DNA of 64,000 nucleotides from Escherichia coli (GTDB lineage Bacteria; Pseudomonadota; Gammaproteobacteria; Enterobacterales; Enterobacteriaceae): NCBI RefSeq assembly GCF_044324875.1, contig NZ_CP172186.1; one strand, 5' to 3'. Shown piece by piece: positions 63,127 to 64,000 of this stretch (position 1 is its first letter; each line of letters starts with the position of its first letter). The notes under the pieces were generated by a model. It saw only the letters and a program-made list of their open reading frames with translations, ran no database searches and was not told where the DNA came from. The position numbers and the translations under genes were made by a program.

Positions 63127-64000
63127 ATGAGAATTTTTTGCGATGATGGTTCTACAAATGTGAAACTTGCCTGGTTTGAAGGCAAGACGCTGAAAAGTGC
63201 GGTATCAGTGAACTCTTTTCGCCATAACTGGAAAGTCGAGGGCTTAGGCAGCAGTCGTACCTATAACTATTTGCTTGATGGCCGTAAATATACCTACGAC
63301 CCGGTCAGCGAAGATGCGATCAGCACGACTCATATTGAGTATCAGTACTCTGATACAAATGTGTTGGCAGTTCACCACGCATTACTGAACAGTGGAATTG
63401 AACCCCAGGAGATCGATCTCACCGTTACGTTACCTATCAGCGAGTTTTACACGGCCGACTGCCAGAAAAATACGCTTAACATTGAGAGAAAAATTCGCAA
63501 CCTGATGCGGGAAGTCACCCTGAACAAAGGGGGAACTTTTACCATTAAAAGCGTTGAAGTGATGCCTGAATCACTCCCGGCTGTATTTACTCGCCTAGTT
63601 GCTGACAATGTTGGTCAGTACGAAAAATCATTGGTTATCGATCTCGGTGGTACAACTCTGGATGTCGGGGTTATTGTTGGCCAGTTTGAGGATGTTTCGG
63701 CTGTACATGGTAATCCTGATATTGGTGTATCAATGGTCACGAAAGCCACGCTCACTGCACTGAAAATGGCCAGCAGTGATACCAGTCCAATGATTGCTGA
63801 CGAGTTGATCAAAAACAGGAAGAACCTGGATTTTGTGGGGCAGGTTGTAAATGAGGTTTCTAAACTAAATCTGGTGCTGGATACCATTGATACAGCGATA
63901 AATAAACTGGGCGAGCTAGTTGTTGATGATTTGCTGCAGTATCGAAACGTAAACCGCGTATATATTGTCGGAGGCGGGGCTGCACTCATTGCTGATGCTG
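63127..64000 (+). CDS. parM: actin-like segregation ATPase ParM/StbA, 3'-partial (runs off window)
   Basis: MRIFCDDGSTNVKLAW... like R1 ParM N-terminus; later DLGGTTLD and VGGGA actin-fold motifs; absent from ORF track because no stop in window. Confidence 0.8.
   Translation, partial: MRIFCDDGSTNVKLAWFEGKTLKSAVSVNSFRHNWKVEGLGSSRTYNYLLDGRKYTYDPVSEDAISTTHIEYQYSDTNVLAVHHALLNSGIEPQEIDLTVTLPISEFYTADCQKNTLNIERKIRNLMREVTLNKGGTFTIKSVEVMPESLPAVFTRLVADNVGQYEKSLVIDLGGTTLDVGVIVGQFEDVSAVHGNPDIGVSMVTKATLTALKMASSDTSPMIADELIKNRKNLDFVGQVVNEVSKLNLVLDTIDTAINKLGELVVDDLLQYRNVNRVYIVGGGAALIADA

Overview
Mosaic accessory region of an IncF-type enterobacterial plasmid, read from the translated ORFs and repeat structure only (no database searches run). 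Backbone: IncFII repA1 and oriR-like region with a DnaA box, stbDE and an RHH/ParE toxin-antitoxin pair, two paralogous vapBC loci, a serine resolvase with res palindromes, a ResD-like tyrosine recombinase, and a double partition locus (ParA/ParG-like plus ParM) with iteron arrays. Cargo: (i) an 8-gene operon bounded by 136-bp direct repeats (LysR, NCS1 permease, GGCT-like, carbamate kinase, DUF1116, FdrA-like, DUF2877, isochorismatase-like hydrolase), which I rate as the best candidate for an undescribed catabolic system; (ii) a raffinose operon (rafR-A-B-D...rafY) with extra crr-like EIIA and fructokinase genes; (iii) a GC-rich eitABCD-like iron ABC uptake cluster with MFS gene; (iv) an AIDA-like autotransporter; (v) a 712-aa Rad50/SMC-like ABC ATPase with a CxxC zinc hook, a candidate single-gene defence protein; (vi) an orphan McbG-like pentapeptide-repeat gene; (vii) a cytochrome b562-like protein, a FinO-domain protein and two hexapeptide acetyltransferases. 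The region is heavily reworked by IS elements: IS1, IS2 (one truncated, one split by an IS66-family insertion), three IS629/IS1203-like copies (one split by IS66), an IS2-group IS, an IS91-family element plus an orphan IS91 terminus, IS256 and IS66 remnants, a resolvase fragment, and two miniature Tn3-derived IR-only elements. No rRNA, tRNA or CRISPR array was seen.
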